From an uncultured Phycisphaerales bacterium (GTDB lineage Bacteria; Planctomycetota; Phycisphaerae; Tepidisphaerales; Tepidisphaeraceae), in contig CAVWLP010000002.1 of NCBI GenBank assembly GCA_963755915.1, positions 2,560,001 to 2,624,000 on the forward strand: a stretch of 64,000 bases of DNA. The letters run 5' to 3'. The notes under the pieces were generated by a model that saw nothing but the letters and a program-made list of their open reading frames with translations, was not told the origin of the DNA and did no database searches. Made by a program: the position numbers and the translations under genes. The first letter of the stretch is position 1; each line of letters begins with the position of its first letter. Positions 19,760-29,948 of this stretch are shown here, piece after piece.

Positions 19760-19799
19760 TTGACGCTGTCAATATAGCGGCGAATGTAGGCAGCGTCAA
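19760..19799 (-). promoter_or_regulatory. sigma70 promoter overlapped by tandem TetR operators (DUF1254 gene)
   Basis: TTGAC-GCT-GTCAA (19760-19772) plus a degenerate site 27 bp away; minus strand TTGACG-17bp-TATATT. Confidence 0.8.
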
Positions 19800-19818
19800 T
19801 ATACTTGTGCAAATTATT

Positions 19819-20119
19819 TTAAGAAATCGCCGGACACCTGGTTTTGATCGGATCGTGCGCTTGAAGTCCGCGGCATACGATGCGCGAGAGCTTATCGGCG
19901 ATGTGGTCAATCGTGCGGCGCGGCACGGCGGGGAGACCATCGATCGCGAGCATCGCGAGGCCATGGACGGCGGACCAGGCGGTCAGCACGGCGGATTGCA
20001 GTTCGCACCTTCGGGCCAGCGCCGCGGCAAAGACGCCGGCGCGTGCGCCCCGGCGAATAGTGGATTCGAGCACTTCCCGGGTGCGAGCCCCGGTGTCCTC
20101 CACGACGTCGGGGCGTCCG
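19819..20119 (-). pseudogene. 3' half of a second TetR/WHG paralog lacking its HTH
   Basis: GRPDVV...VLESTIRRGARAGVF...AVLTAWSAVHGLAMLAIDGLP...KLSRIVCRG aligns to the C-terminus of 17119-17766. Confidence 0.8.
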
Positions 20120-20457
20120 GCGCCGAGTTGGCGACCGGAAAGAGTTTTCCCGACGGCTCACGTTTGAGCTCAACGCCGAGCGACGCGAACCAGCGAATTG
20201 TCGCCGCCACATCGAACTCCGAGAGAATGTTGCGAACGATGTTCTGCGACCCGTTAAAATCTGTGGGGAATACTTCGTGATGTGTGACATTACATCGCCC
20301 GCCGCCGGAGACGAGAATTTTCGCACCGAGCATCTTGGCCCCATCCAGAACAACGATCCGAAGCCCTGACGGCGCCGCCTTGGCGGCAAAAATCGCCGCT
20401 GCCAGGCCCGCGGCGCCGCCACCGACAATCGCAAGATCCGCGGTATCGCTTTGCATT
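20120..20457 (-). pseudogene. Truncated duplicate 5' third of the HI0933-family gene (direct repeat copy 2)
   Basis: MQSDTADLAIVGGGAAG...KLFPVANSA, then an abrupt out-of-frame junction to the TetR fragment. Confidence 0.85.
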
Positions 20458-20705
20458 CGACTCGCTGCTTTTTGTTTTTATATGTTTTCCACCCTGAAGG
20501 GCAATCGTATGTCGATCGCCGGCCTGCCGGCGAACCCTATAGCGTCATGTTCCAGGGATCTCAATACCAAGGTATGGCCAATACCATCGTCCAATAGCTT
20601 TGCCGGCGCATATCGGCTCCAATCTGTCCATAGCTGCCGCTTCGAACCGTAGAGTGACTTAAAAAACCGGTCCAGCCCCACCGCTGGCCCCACAGGAGAA
20701 AAACC

Positions 20706-21227
20706 ATGAGTATTATCGATAAAGCGCTGGAAGCAAACCGCAATTATGCAAAGAGCTACAACCCAGCTCTGGGGAAGCATCCGACCCCAAAAATCGTAGT
20801 TGTAACCTGCATGGATCCACGGCTCTCAGACCTCCCTGGAATCCTGGGGCTGCCGGAAGCTGATATCGACGTGATCCGAACCGGCGGACCCGCCGTAACC
20901 GAAGATGTTCTGGGGGAGCTTATTGTCTCCAACCGGATACTCGGAACCACCGAGATACTGCTTCTCAACCACACCGGCTGCGGGTTCACGACATTCACGG
21001 ATGCCGATTTGAACGCGAAGCTGAGCGCTTCGACCGGCGATGCGTCGCCGGCTCCAATGCGATTCTTCTCCTACAAGGACCCCGAGGAAAATACCCGGGA
21101 GCAGATCAAGAAAGTCAGGTCGCATCCCTGGATTGCCAAAGACGTCCCCGTGCGCGGCGTCGTTTTCGATGTGAACACGGGTAGACTGCACGAAGTCAAA
21201 GTACTTGAACACAAACGCGGCGCCTGA
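20706..21227 (+). CDS. Beta-class carbonic anhydrase
   Basis: Zn ligands in VTCMDPR and NHTGCG; AGGAG RBS. Confidence 0.92.
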   Translation: MSIIDKALEANRNYAKSYNPALGKHPTPKIVVVTCMDPRLSDLPGILGLPEADIDVIRTGGPAVTEDVLGELIVSNRILGTTEILLLNHTGCGFTTFTDADLNAKLSASTGDASPAPMRFFSYKDPEENTREQIKKVRSHPWIAKDVPVRGVVFDVNTGRLHEVKVLEHKRGA

Positions 21228-21511
21228 CTCACGATCACTTTTGCTTGCTGCACGGCCGCTCGATTCTTGCTTCCGGCCAGGCGGTGATGAATTGGCGCGA
21301 GGAGTTCCGCAGACTGGATGTTCAGTCGGAGAGCATTTGCCGCGCTGCCAGGGTAATTCTCCAGGGTCTATAAAGAGCGAATCATTGAACCAAAGTCTGC
21401 TTTAGACTGATTTCCATAACACTTTTCTGTATGGCGGCTATCAAGTCATCGGTCGTAGCCATTCCGTGTCCGGTATTGATACCACGCCGGCAAAGATTGC
21501 GACGCTTTTGT

Positions 21512-21579
21512 GTATGCGGTAATGCCGCACGTACGGATCTGTGCGGGGGGCCGTTCGCAAGGGCGGTCCCTACCGCGAC
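21512..21579 (+). mobile_element. Group II intron 3' remnant (domain V and VI)
   Basis: GTATGCGGTAATGCCGCACGTACGGATCTGTGCGGGGGG...CCCTACCGCGAC matches the D5-D6 consensus and 3' AC end; the 5' AGC triad, D1-D4 and RT ORF are absent. Confidence 0.8.
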
Positions 21580-21605
21580 CCTCCCGACCCCCCTTTAGTC
21601 TCTGT

Positions 21606-22355
21606 TCAATTTCCCAACCGCAAGCGCAGGCGCCTGTATGCCAGCACCGCGATGCCGAGCGCGACCGCGATAGCCCACGTCGACGGCTCGGGGACCGACG
21701 TCAGAATCAGTGCATTGAGCTGACCCCCAACATCAGGATCGCCGTCGTTAACGGGCGGCTGCGCATTTTGGCATAAGATCTGGAACGGCTGTGTCGTCGC
21801 ATCCGCCACAAATGTGCCGATCGCATAGGCGCCAATCGCCGGCGAACCATTGGCAAACGCATAGGTTTCAGTGAGCGACGGCGTCGAGCCATTGGACTGC
21901 GAAATTGTGAAGAGCCGGCCAATGTACACGGGGCGCGTGTCGGCCAACAGGACTTCAAATTCGTATGAATTCCCGATTGTCAGATTGTTGAGCGTATAGG
22001 TGATCTCATGGGTAAATGCACTTGGAAAATCGGCGGTATTCAATACGCTGTCGAACGCGGCGTCTCCCGTGGTGGCGGACATGAATACCGCGTTGGTGGA
22101 GACCCCTTCGCTCGACGACTCAGTTAGATTCGTACCATTGTCAGCACCAAAAATGATGCCGGTCGCCGAATCCGTCACGGCCGAAGAGGAACCAACATCG
22201 ACCGCGTACACCACGTTCGAGGTCAGCTCAACGCTGTTACTGGTAAACGTCCCCGAAGTCGGATACGCAATTACCGCGGCTTGCGTCCGTCCCGTGGCCA
22301 GCATGCCCATGAGAACCAACGAACATACGGCAGCCTTATGAATAAATCGACGCAT
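21606..22355 (-). CDS. PEP-CTERM exosortase-target protein
   Basis: Signal peptide MRRFIHKAAVCSLVLMGMLA; C-terminal VPEPSTWAIAVALGIAVLAYRRLRLR. Confidence 0.88.
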   Translation of the reverse strand: MRRFIHKAAVCSLVLMGMLATGRTQAAVIAYPTSGTFTSNSVELTSNVVYAVDVGSSSAVTDSATGIIFGADNGTNLTESSSEGVSTNAVFMSATTGDAAFDSVLNTADFPSAFTHEITYTLNNLTIGNSYEFEVLLADTRPVYIGRLFTISQSNGSTPSLTETYAFANGSPAIGAYAIGTFVADATTQPFQILCQNAQPPVNDGDPDVGGQLNALILTSVPEPSTWAIAVALGIAVLAYRRLRLRLGN

Positions 22356-22679
22356 TTTTTTCTCCTTTCGATGACCCCATCGCGTCAGCCAGCAATGGTG
22401 TGTCGCAGACTTCAACCCTCATCGTTCAAACTGAGAGGTGAAATCACGGGGCGGAACAATACAAAAATCGCAATAACGTTTTCAACCAAATTCGCCGAAG
22501 TCTGCGCAAAAATAGAAAATATTTCGTTGGTCATTTTGTTGCAACCGATTACAACGAATATAGGAAAAATGGGTTCCAAAGTATCCGTCGAAGCGGTTGT
22601 CGCAATGCACGCCGATCTCGACGCAAAGCACATCTTCCGCATTTGATAAGCTCGGCAAGATGACGGCTCGTGCTTGGGC

Positions 22680-22830
22680 TCGCGCCCGCGTTGCGGGGTA
22701 CCGTGTTGTTGAAGAAGTTGCTGAGGTTGGCGGACGTCAGGGTGTAAGTTCCGGTCTCGGTGGTGCCGGCACCTTCCGCCCCCGTCGGCTGGCCGTTGTC
22801 CAGCCAGTTGGCAAAGCGGCAGTCCGCCGA
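22680..22830 (-). pseudogene. Internal fragment of an FGE/SUMF1-domain exoprotein gene
   Basis: RFANWLDNGQPTGAEGAGTTETGTYTL resembles the motif of planctomycete SUMF1-domain PEP-CTERM proteins; no start or rest of gene. Confidence 0.55.
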
Positions 22831-23119
22831 GAACCTCTGATCGCGCCACCCCGCGATCTGCTCCATAAGACTACAAACGGTTCCATTGCGCGCCCATCGC
22901 CCGAAAAAGCCGATTCTTGCTTTCCTATTCTGCCCAAACCCCCCATTTTGTTGCCGAGTGTTACCTTTTGTACCGAAGGGGTCCGCGGCAAATTTTTTAG
23001 GGTTCCGTTCGTAATTTCGCCCCTGATCAAGCCTTCAATTCATCCAAACCCAATTCAATTTGACTTGCCCCCGCCGCGCGAGGAAAATGAACTCTCTAGC
23101 CTGTTGGAGAGTCAATCGA

Positions 23120-24830
23120 ATGCTTAAGTTGAAGGCAGTATTCAGTACATTGGCAGCGGTTTCTCTGTGCGCCTGGTTTTGGGCCTATCCGGCTGCGGCA
23201 GTGCCGCCACCGCTGATCGGGCGGCCAAGGACTCGCTCGACGAAGTCGATCGCGAGCGGGCGCAGGATTCCAGCCTGGAAAACCTCGACCGCGTGCAGGC
23301 GACGCTCGACTCGCTGGCCAGCAACAGCAACCTTTCCGATGTGATGCAGATTCTCGTCCGCTCGCGGCAGGCGCAGGTGCGGCTGGAGCGGATTCAGCTC
23401 ATGATCGCCGACCTGCGGTCGCAGGAGCTGACCATCACCCGCAACATCGACGATATGGAGAATCTGGCGATGCAGGTCGCCTCGGCGCAGGCCAGTGCCG
23501 AGGCCCTCAAGGCGTATGAGCCGACCGGGCAGGTCGAGAAGCTCAAAGCCCAGGAAGCACAAATCGGCGGCTCGGAAACGCAAGCGACCTGGCAGATGGC
23601 CGGCGGCAGCGGAACGCTTCCCACGCTCTTCGCTATCAAAGCGCAGATTCAGAGCCTTACCCAGCAGATTCAGGATAATCAATCGCAGACCGATGCGGCT
23701 CACAAGCTTAGCGCGGCCAAGGGAGATGAGGCGGAGCAATATCTTCGCCGGGCCGAGGGAGAGCTGGGCGACAAGCAGGTTGCCGACACGGTTAGCGCCG
23801 CCACCGATCGCCGCGACGCGGCTTTGGCTGATTCGAAGGCGGCGGGTCTTGCCAATGAGCTCACCAAGCTTCAGGCTTCTCTCGACGAGGCCAAGGTGCA
23901 GGAGGCGGCGCTGGAATCGGCCATCACTTCACTCGAGGCGCAGATCCAGGCGCAGAACGACCGGTGGACGAGTATTTCGCAGCAGATCGATGCCGAGCGG
24001 AAGGTGCAGTCGGACCTGATCGTTCCCAGCGGCGAGCCGGGGAGCGTGTCGATCGACATTCTGGCGACGAGCCTGGCGGTTTCTCTGCAGGAAGCGGCGA
24101 AGATGCGCGATACCGTGAACGACCAGCTCAATGCCGTCATTCCGCAGCTCAATACGATCATCACCCACTGCAACGCTCTGCGCACCACCTGGCGTCAGGA
24201 CGAGATGGAAAAACAGGACAGCCCGGATGTGGCTATCTGGCACGAGACCGAGGAAATCCTGCATCCGATGTATTTCAACCTGCAAATGGCGACGGCACTG
24301 GAAGCGCGGGCATCGGTGGCGGCGGCGAAGACGCGCATCGACCTGATGATCGAGCGCATGTTCGACGGATTTACCGGTGCGGCGGCGGCGGGAAACCAGG
24401 GCGTCGTCGTTCCGGGACTGACGGCGCTGCTGGATAAGAATAAAACCGGTGTCGATGTTCCCAAAGCGGTGGGAGATTTGCAGCCGCTTGATCCGGATGC
24501 ACTGAAGCAGGAAGAAGACGACGCGAACAAGGCATTCAGTGAAGCCGCCGATGCGTACGGCGAGCAGCGTTTCGGAGCGACCGACACAGGCGCCCGGCCG
24601 CGGAGCGGCGCAACGTGGCGCTGCTGGGGACGGCGCAATTGAATCGGCAGTGGGCGGATTTCGCGTCGTTCATCGGCGACGCCAGCGGTGCCGCCGAACA
24701 CGAGCACGCGGCCGAAGACGCGCAGACGCAGATCGACCCGACGTTCTCGCTGGCGGCCACAGTGCTGCCGCCCGCGCCGCCGACATCGACTGGCGGTTCG
24801 TCTTCAAGCGGCGGGAATGCCAACCCCTAA
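23120..24830 (+). CDS. Long coiled-coil lipoprotein of unknown function (about 2 frameshifts)
   Basis: GGAG RBS and ATG 23120; signal joins to LGLSGC lipobox after a frameshift; Ala/Gln/Glu-rich heptads; C-terminus continues in ORF 24615-24830. Confidence 0.6.
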
Positions 24831-24913
24831 AAAGCGACAACGGATTCCCCGCAATCGACAAAAAATAACATTCCACCCATTGACAGCGGACGCAAAGTTT
24901 GCTTTTTTATGTT

Positions 24914-25095
24914 GAGCAGGCGTCAGGGAAGGCGGTGAAAATCCGCCGCGGACGCGCCGCTGTGAGTGACCGATGCGTGAGTGAGCATTGTGCGGGCCGT
25001 TTTTTGGGGCCCGATCGGTTCTGAAAAAGTCACTGGTGCAAGAGCGCCGGGAAGACTCAGGGCCGGAAGTCACGAGCCAGAAGACCTGCCTGCCA
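24914..25095 (+). ncRNA. Cobalamin (B12) riboswitch
   Basis: AGGGAAGGCGGTGAAAATCCGCCGCGG..CCGCTGTGA, GTCACTG...GGGAAG, B12 box GAGCCAGAAGACCTGCC; P1 GCAGGC/GCCTGC; TTGACA at 24880. Confidence 0.93.
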
Positions 25096-25252
25096 TGCGA
25101 GCCGCGCTGAAGCGCGAACTCGAAGCCATGTCCGAACGGGCCGCGCGAATCGGCGATCGGAAAGCCAATTTCACAATCTGGTTGGGCCGAATTTTTGCGC
25201 GGGAGCTTTCTCGTTGCGCGAATGTCGGCATTTCCGAAATTGGAGGAAGATC

Positions 25253-26293
25253 ATGCGTCATGTTTCCCGTATTTTTCGAGCGGTTTTTTTCTGCGGTTTG
25301 CTTCTGAAATTTGCTGCGGGGTATGCGCTGGGCCAAATCCAGGCGCCCGCGGGTTATCAGGTTGTTCCGCTGGTCGATTCTTCGGATCAGCCGTTTTCTC
25401 CGGACGGGCTGGCGGTGAGCTCGACGGGAGAGCTGGCGGCGACGAATGGGTCGACGGTTACGCTTTACAACACTTGGCAGAACGGCCGGACGGTGGTTGC
25501 CACGGCGACCGACCCTAATTGGGTTTTCGATACTGATCCGGTTTTCCTCAACAGTTCGACGATTGTCTTCGGCGAAGACGGGAACACCGACGCGCTGTGG
25601 GAAGTGAACTTCGCGACGCCGACGCCGACGATTACGCAGATTACGGCGAACAACAGTCTGCCGGCGGTTCAGGGCGTGGCGCTGATCAACTCGACCACCG
25701 CCCTGGTCTCCGGCGCGACCTCTTCGTTTGGGAGCGGCGGAGGGCTTTATCTTGACTCGGTGAATCTGACGCAGACATCCAGCAACATTTCGCCGGTGGT
25801 GCAGAACGTCGGCAGTGGGTATGTGGGCGCTGCCGGTGTGTCGCCGGGCGGGGCGGATTTGCTTTTGGAGGACTCGATCAGCGGACCTTCGCTGGTCCAC
25901 TATTACGACAGCAACACGTCGTCAGCCATTGATCTGACCGATGGCGGCGGGTCGGGCGCCTACGGAATTACCTTCGATTCCGCTGGGATCGCTTATGTCA
26001 CCACTACCGACACGATCACCGCGATCTCGGGAATCGATTCTGCCTCGCCACAGGTGAGCGAGTTTGCCTCGGATTATGCGAATTCGGAGAATCCGTTCCC
26101 TTTCCTGACGAGCATTTCGTTTACCGGCGGGGGGTTCAATCCGAATCTTCCGCTCAGCGAAGGCACCGGCGCGTTGATCTTCAACGACGCTGACGCAGGG
26201 CAGGCGTATGCGATCGTCGTTCCCGAGCCGGCATGCGCGGGACTGCTCGCGGTGCTGTGTGCCGGAGGGCTCATGCGACGGAAAACACGATGA
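25253..26293 (+). CDS. PEP-CTERM surface protein, probable beta-propeller, first gene under the B12 riboswitch
   Basis: GGAGG RBS; signal peptide; blade-like repeats PDGLAVSSTGEL / VQGVALINSTTALV / AYGITFDSAGIAYV; VPEPACAGLLAVLCAGGLMRRK. Confidence 0.82.
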   Translation: MRHVSRIFRAVFFCGLLLKFAAGYALGQIQAPAGYQVVPLVDSSDQPFSPDGLAVSSTGELAATNGSTVTLYNTWQNGRTVVATATDPNWVFDTDPVFLNSSTIVFGEDGNTDALWEVNFATPTPTITQITANNSLPAVQGVALINSTTALVSGATSSFGSGGGLYLDSVNLTQTSSNISPVVQNVGSGYVGAAGVSPGGADLLLEDSISGPSLVHYYDSNTSSAIDLTDGGGSGAYGITFDSAGIAYVTTTDTITAISGIDSASPQVSEFASDYANSENPFPFLTSISFTGGGFNPNLPLSEGTGALIFNDADAGQAYAIVVPEPACAGLLAVLCAGGLMRRKTR

Positions 26294-28902
26294 CACGCAG
26301 GCGACAATTTGCATCCTTCGGCACGGCGGCGCTTTAACAGCGCCGCCGTGCGCGCCTGCGCCGATCAGTTTTTCGCGTCCCAGGTGATCAGCACCAACAG
26401 CGGAGAGGGCGAGCAGGGAGAATTCGCCGACCCGACCGTCGCCCTCGGCGGCCCCACGGGTGAAGGCGATTTTATGCAGACGCTGAATGTTTATCGCCTT
26501 GGGTACGGTGGCTCAGCGACTTTCGGTTTCGGCGATGAGGCCATCACTGACGGGGCCGGCGCAGATTTCGTCGTGTATGCGAATGCGTTCTACGTGAATG
26601 GAGATTCCAGCGAGGATTACGCGGAGTTGAGTTATGTCTCGGTGTCCAGCGATGGGGTTCATTTTGCAACCTTCCCCAACGTCTCCCAGACCCCCCAGTC
26701 TGTCGGGATGTACGGGAACATCAACCCCGCCTGCGTCAGCGGCTACGCCGGGGTGACGCCGGTCTACGCGAACGTCACGACCAATGCGATCGATCCGTTC
26801 GATCCCGCAGTGGCCGGGGGCGATGCGTTTGATCTTTCGGAGCTGGATGATTCGCCCCTCATCGCCGAGGGATATCTGAATCTCAACGATATTCGCTACG
26901 TGCAGCTTACCGACGCGGTGAGCGGCACGAGCGTCGATTCGGATGGTCACACGATTTACGATCCGGGGCTGTGCGAAAACGTGAACTCGATCGCTGTCAT
27001 CAGCGGGGCGTATTCCTCGGGGGGCGGGGGGATCACCTGGTCGGATGGTTCGGGGGATAACCAATGGAATGCAACCAGCACAAACTGGAACGGCGGGGGG
27101 GGCATACAAATTATTCGGATGGGAGCAACGTCATTCTCGATGACAGCTCCGGGAAATATGCGGTCACTTTGAACACCGTCGTGAATCCGGGTTCAGTTAC
27201 TGTCAGCGACAGCGGCGGCGATTATTTGATAAGCGGAACGGGCGGCATCTCCGGGACGGGAAGCCTGGTGAAAACGGGCAGCCGGACGCTTACGCTGGAC
27301 ACGGTGAATTCGTACAGCGGCGGAACTTCGGTTTATGCCGGGACGCTGGTCGCTGGAGTGAGCGGTGCTCTTCCAGATGGGGAGGTGACAGTCACTGGGG
27401 GTGAGTTGCAGCTTGCGGCCGGGACGGGAATGACACAATTGAGTTCGCTCGTTGTCGCCGGGGCGGGCGTGGTCGATGTCGGGAAAAATGGATTGATGAT
27501 CGACTACGGGGACGGGAGCGATCCGATCGGAGCGATCTCGCAATACATCGCGAACGGTTACAACAACGGGGGCTGGAACGGGCCGGGAATTGTCTCGTCG
27601 GCAGCTCGATCGCCGACGGACGGTTTGTATTACGGCGTTGGATATGCCGATGGGGCTGATGGCGTCGTCAACGGGTTGGGATCGGGATTTATCGAGGTTA
27701 AATACACGCTGCTGGGGGATGCGAATCTTGACGGAGTGGTTAACGGCAGCGACTTCAGCATTCTTGCCTCCAATTTTGGGGAAGGGGTTACCAACTGGGA
27801 TCAGGGGAATTTTTTGTTCACGTCGTCGGTGAATGGCTCGGATTTTTCGGTGCTGGCGGCGAATTTCGGGCAGGGATCGACAGCGCCGGCAGACCGCGCG
27901 GCGCTGGAGGCTTTTGCGGCGGCCAATGGGCTGATGGCGGAGTTGCCGGAACCTGGTGGGGTGGCGTTGGTTGCGATTGGGGTGCTTGGGGTGATGCGAA
28001 GAAAACGCGCTTCCCTTCGGGTTGCGGCTAAACGGGGCGGTTTTACTCTCGTCGAGCTGCTCGTTGTCATCGGAATCATCGCGATTCTTGTCGGGCTTAT
28101 CCTGCCGGCGCTGGGCATTGCGCGGCAGCAGGCGCAATCTGCGTTTTGCCAGAATAATCTGCGCCAATATGTGATTGCCTCGCTGACGTATGCGCAGGAT
28201 TGGCACGGCTATTGGCCGCCGGTTGCGGTCGATATGTTGCGCACTAACCTCAACCGGTGGGGCGGCACACGCCTCACCACAAGCGATCCCTTGACATTTT
28301 TCCCCAGCACCAAGTCTCCAAACCAGTCGCCAGGTTCCTGCCTCCTGCCGTATCTACGGAACGCAGCGGTATTGTCATGTCCAAATTTTCAGCCCGCAGT
28401 GACCTCCGGCATCCTTGCGTTTGAGGCAACATCCGGCGCCTATCCCGGCGGATATGGATACAACGGTTACTATCTCGGCGCGAGCACAGACATTCCGCAG
28501 CTCGTGATCACCGCCAAGACCGCTGCGCAGATGGACGTGCTTGTGGGGAATGTTCCGGCCAAGCTGACGATGATCCGGCACTCCTCGGCGAAGATTGCCT
28601 TCGCGGATGCGGCGATGGGGCAGCAGGGAAATCTGCTGATTGAGTATTCGTTTCTTGAACCGCCGATGGATATCACTTCTTACGAATACGGGGTTGTTTC
28701 ATCGGTGATGTGGGGCGAGGCGTCGCCGTCGATCCATTTTCGGCATCGGGGATACGCCAACGTGGCGTGGGCGGACGGGCATGTCACAAGCGAGAAATTC
28801 CAGTGGACCTATCCGGGAACCAACAACTACGGAGCGAACAATAATCTGCTCCAACTGGGCTATTTCGGCCCTCAGGACAACTCGCTATTCTCGCGAGATT
28901 GA
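26290..28902 (+). CDS. BtuH-like domain + beta-strand stalk + dockerin-like + PEP-CTERM, continuing in frame into a DUF1559 prepilin (frameshifts near 26335 and 27100)
   Basis: ATGA coupling at 26290; [82 protein letters not shown]...[18 protein letters not shown]...CQNNLRQ...[15 protein letters not shown]. Confidence 0.78.
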
Positions 28903-28930
28903 AGCGTGTAGAATTGAGGGAGGAGAGGTG

Positions 28931-29922
28931 ATGACCATCGGCTTCGCGCGGAGCCTGGCCGTGTTCGATAGTCTTGCTCTGGGAATGTTGTGGTCCACCA
29001 AGGGATTGAAGTCCTAAAGCGGAACATTCAGTCGGTATTTTTTGGGCACGGCCGGTCGGTGGATCTTCTGCTGACGGCGCTGTTCGCGCGCGGGCATGTG
29101 CTGATCGAGGATGTGCCTGGTGTCGGCAAAACGGTGCTGGCGCGGTCGCTGGCGCGGAGCCTGGACTGTAAATTCAGCCGGATTCAGCTTACGCCCGATC
29201 TGCTGCCCAGCGACGTTCTGGGGGTTTCGGTGTTCAATGGGCGGACCCAGGCCTTTGAATTCAAGCCCGGCCCTATTTTTGCCAATTTTCTGCTTGCTGA
29301 CGAAATCAACCGCACGACGCCTCGAACGCAGTCGGCCCTGCTGGAAGCGATGAGCGAAGAGCAGGTGAGCGTGGAGAACCAGACGCTGCCGCTGCAGCGG
29401 CCGTTCATGGTGGTGGCCACGCAAAATCCTTTTGAGTTTGAGGGAACCTATTATCTTCCGGAGAACCAGCTCGACCGATTTTTGCTGCGGATATCGCTGG
29501 GATATCCGGGTCGGACGGCCGAGCAGAGAATTGTCACGACGCAGCCGGGCCGGGCGGCGCTGGAGCAGCTCAAGCCGGTGATGACCGCGGCGGAAGTCGT
29601 GGCGATACAGGATATGGTGGCCCGCATTCGCATTGACTCGTCGATCGTCGATTACGTGCTGGATCTCGTCGAAGCCACTCGGCATCACGAGCAACTTCAC
29701 CTGGGGGTTTCCCCGCGCGGCGCGCTGGCGCTGACGCAGGCGATCCAGGCGACGGCCGTGGTCGGCGGGCGCGATTACGTTACGCCTGACGACGTCAAAA
29801 CCCTGTTCATTCCCGTCTGCGCCCACCGGGTTTTGAGCAAGACGTATATACACAACGGCGACGCAGTGACGACCGGGCGGGTGCTTCAGTCGATTCTGGA
29901 TATCACCCCGGCGCCGAGATAA
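28931..29922 (+). CDS. moxR: MoxR-family AAA+ ATPase
   Basis: GHVLIEDVPGVGKT, RIQLTPDLLPSD, LLADEINRTTPRTQSALLEAM, ATQNP, GVSPR; strong RBS before 28931 suggests a 5' frameshift (ORF track start 28990). Confidence 0.93.
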
Positions 29923-29948
29923 TGTCTGGTTAGAGCCGGAAGCCGGTC

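Noticed and set aside
15652-20457. Near-identical repeat pair as a diversity-generating retroelement TR/VR
   Set aside because: Mismatches are not adenine-specific, the repeat is at a gene 5' end, and no reverse transcriptase is present
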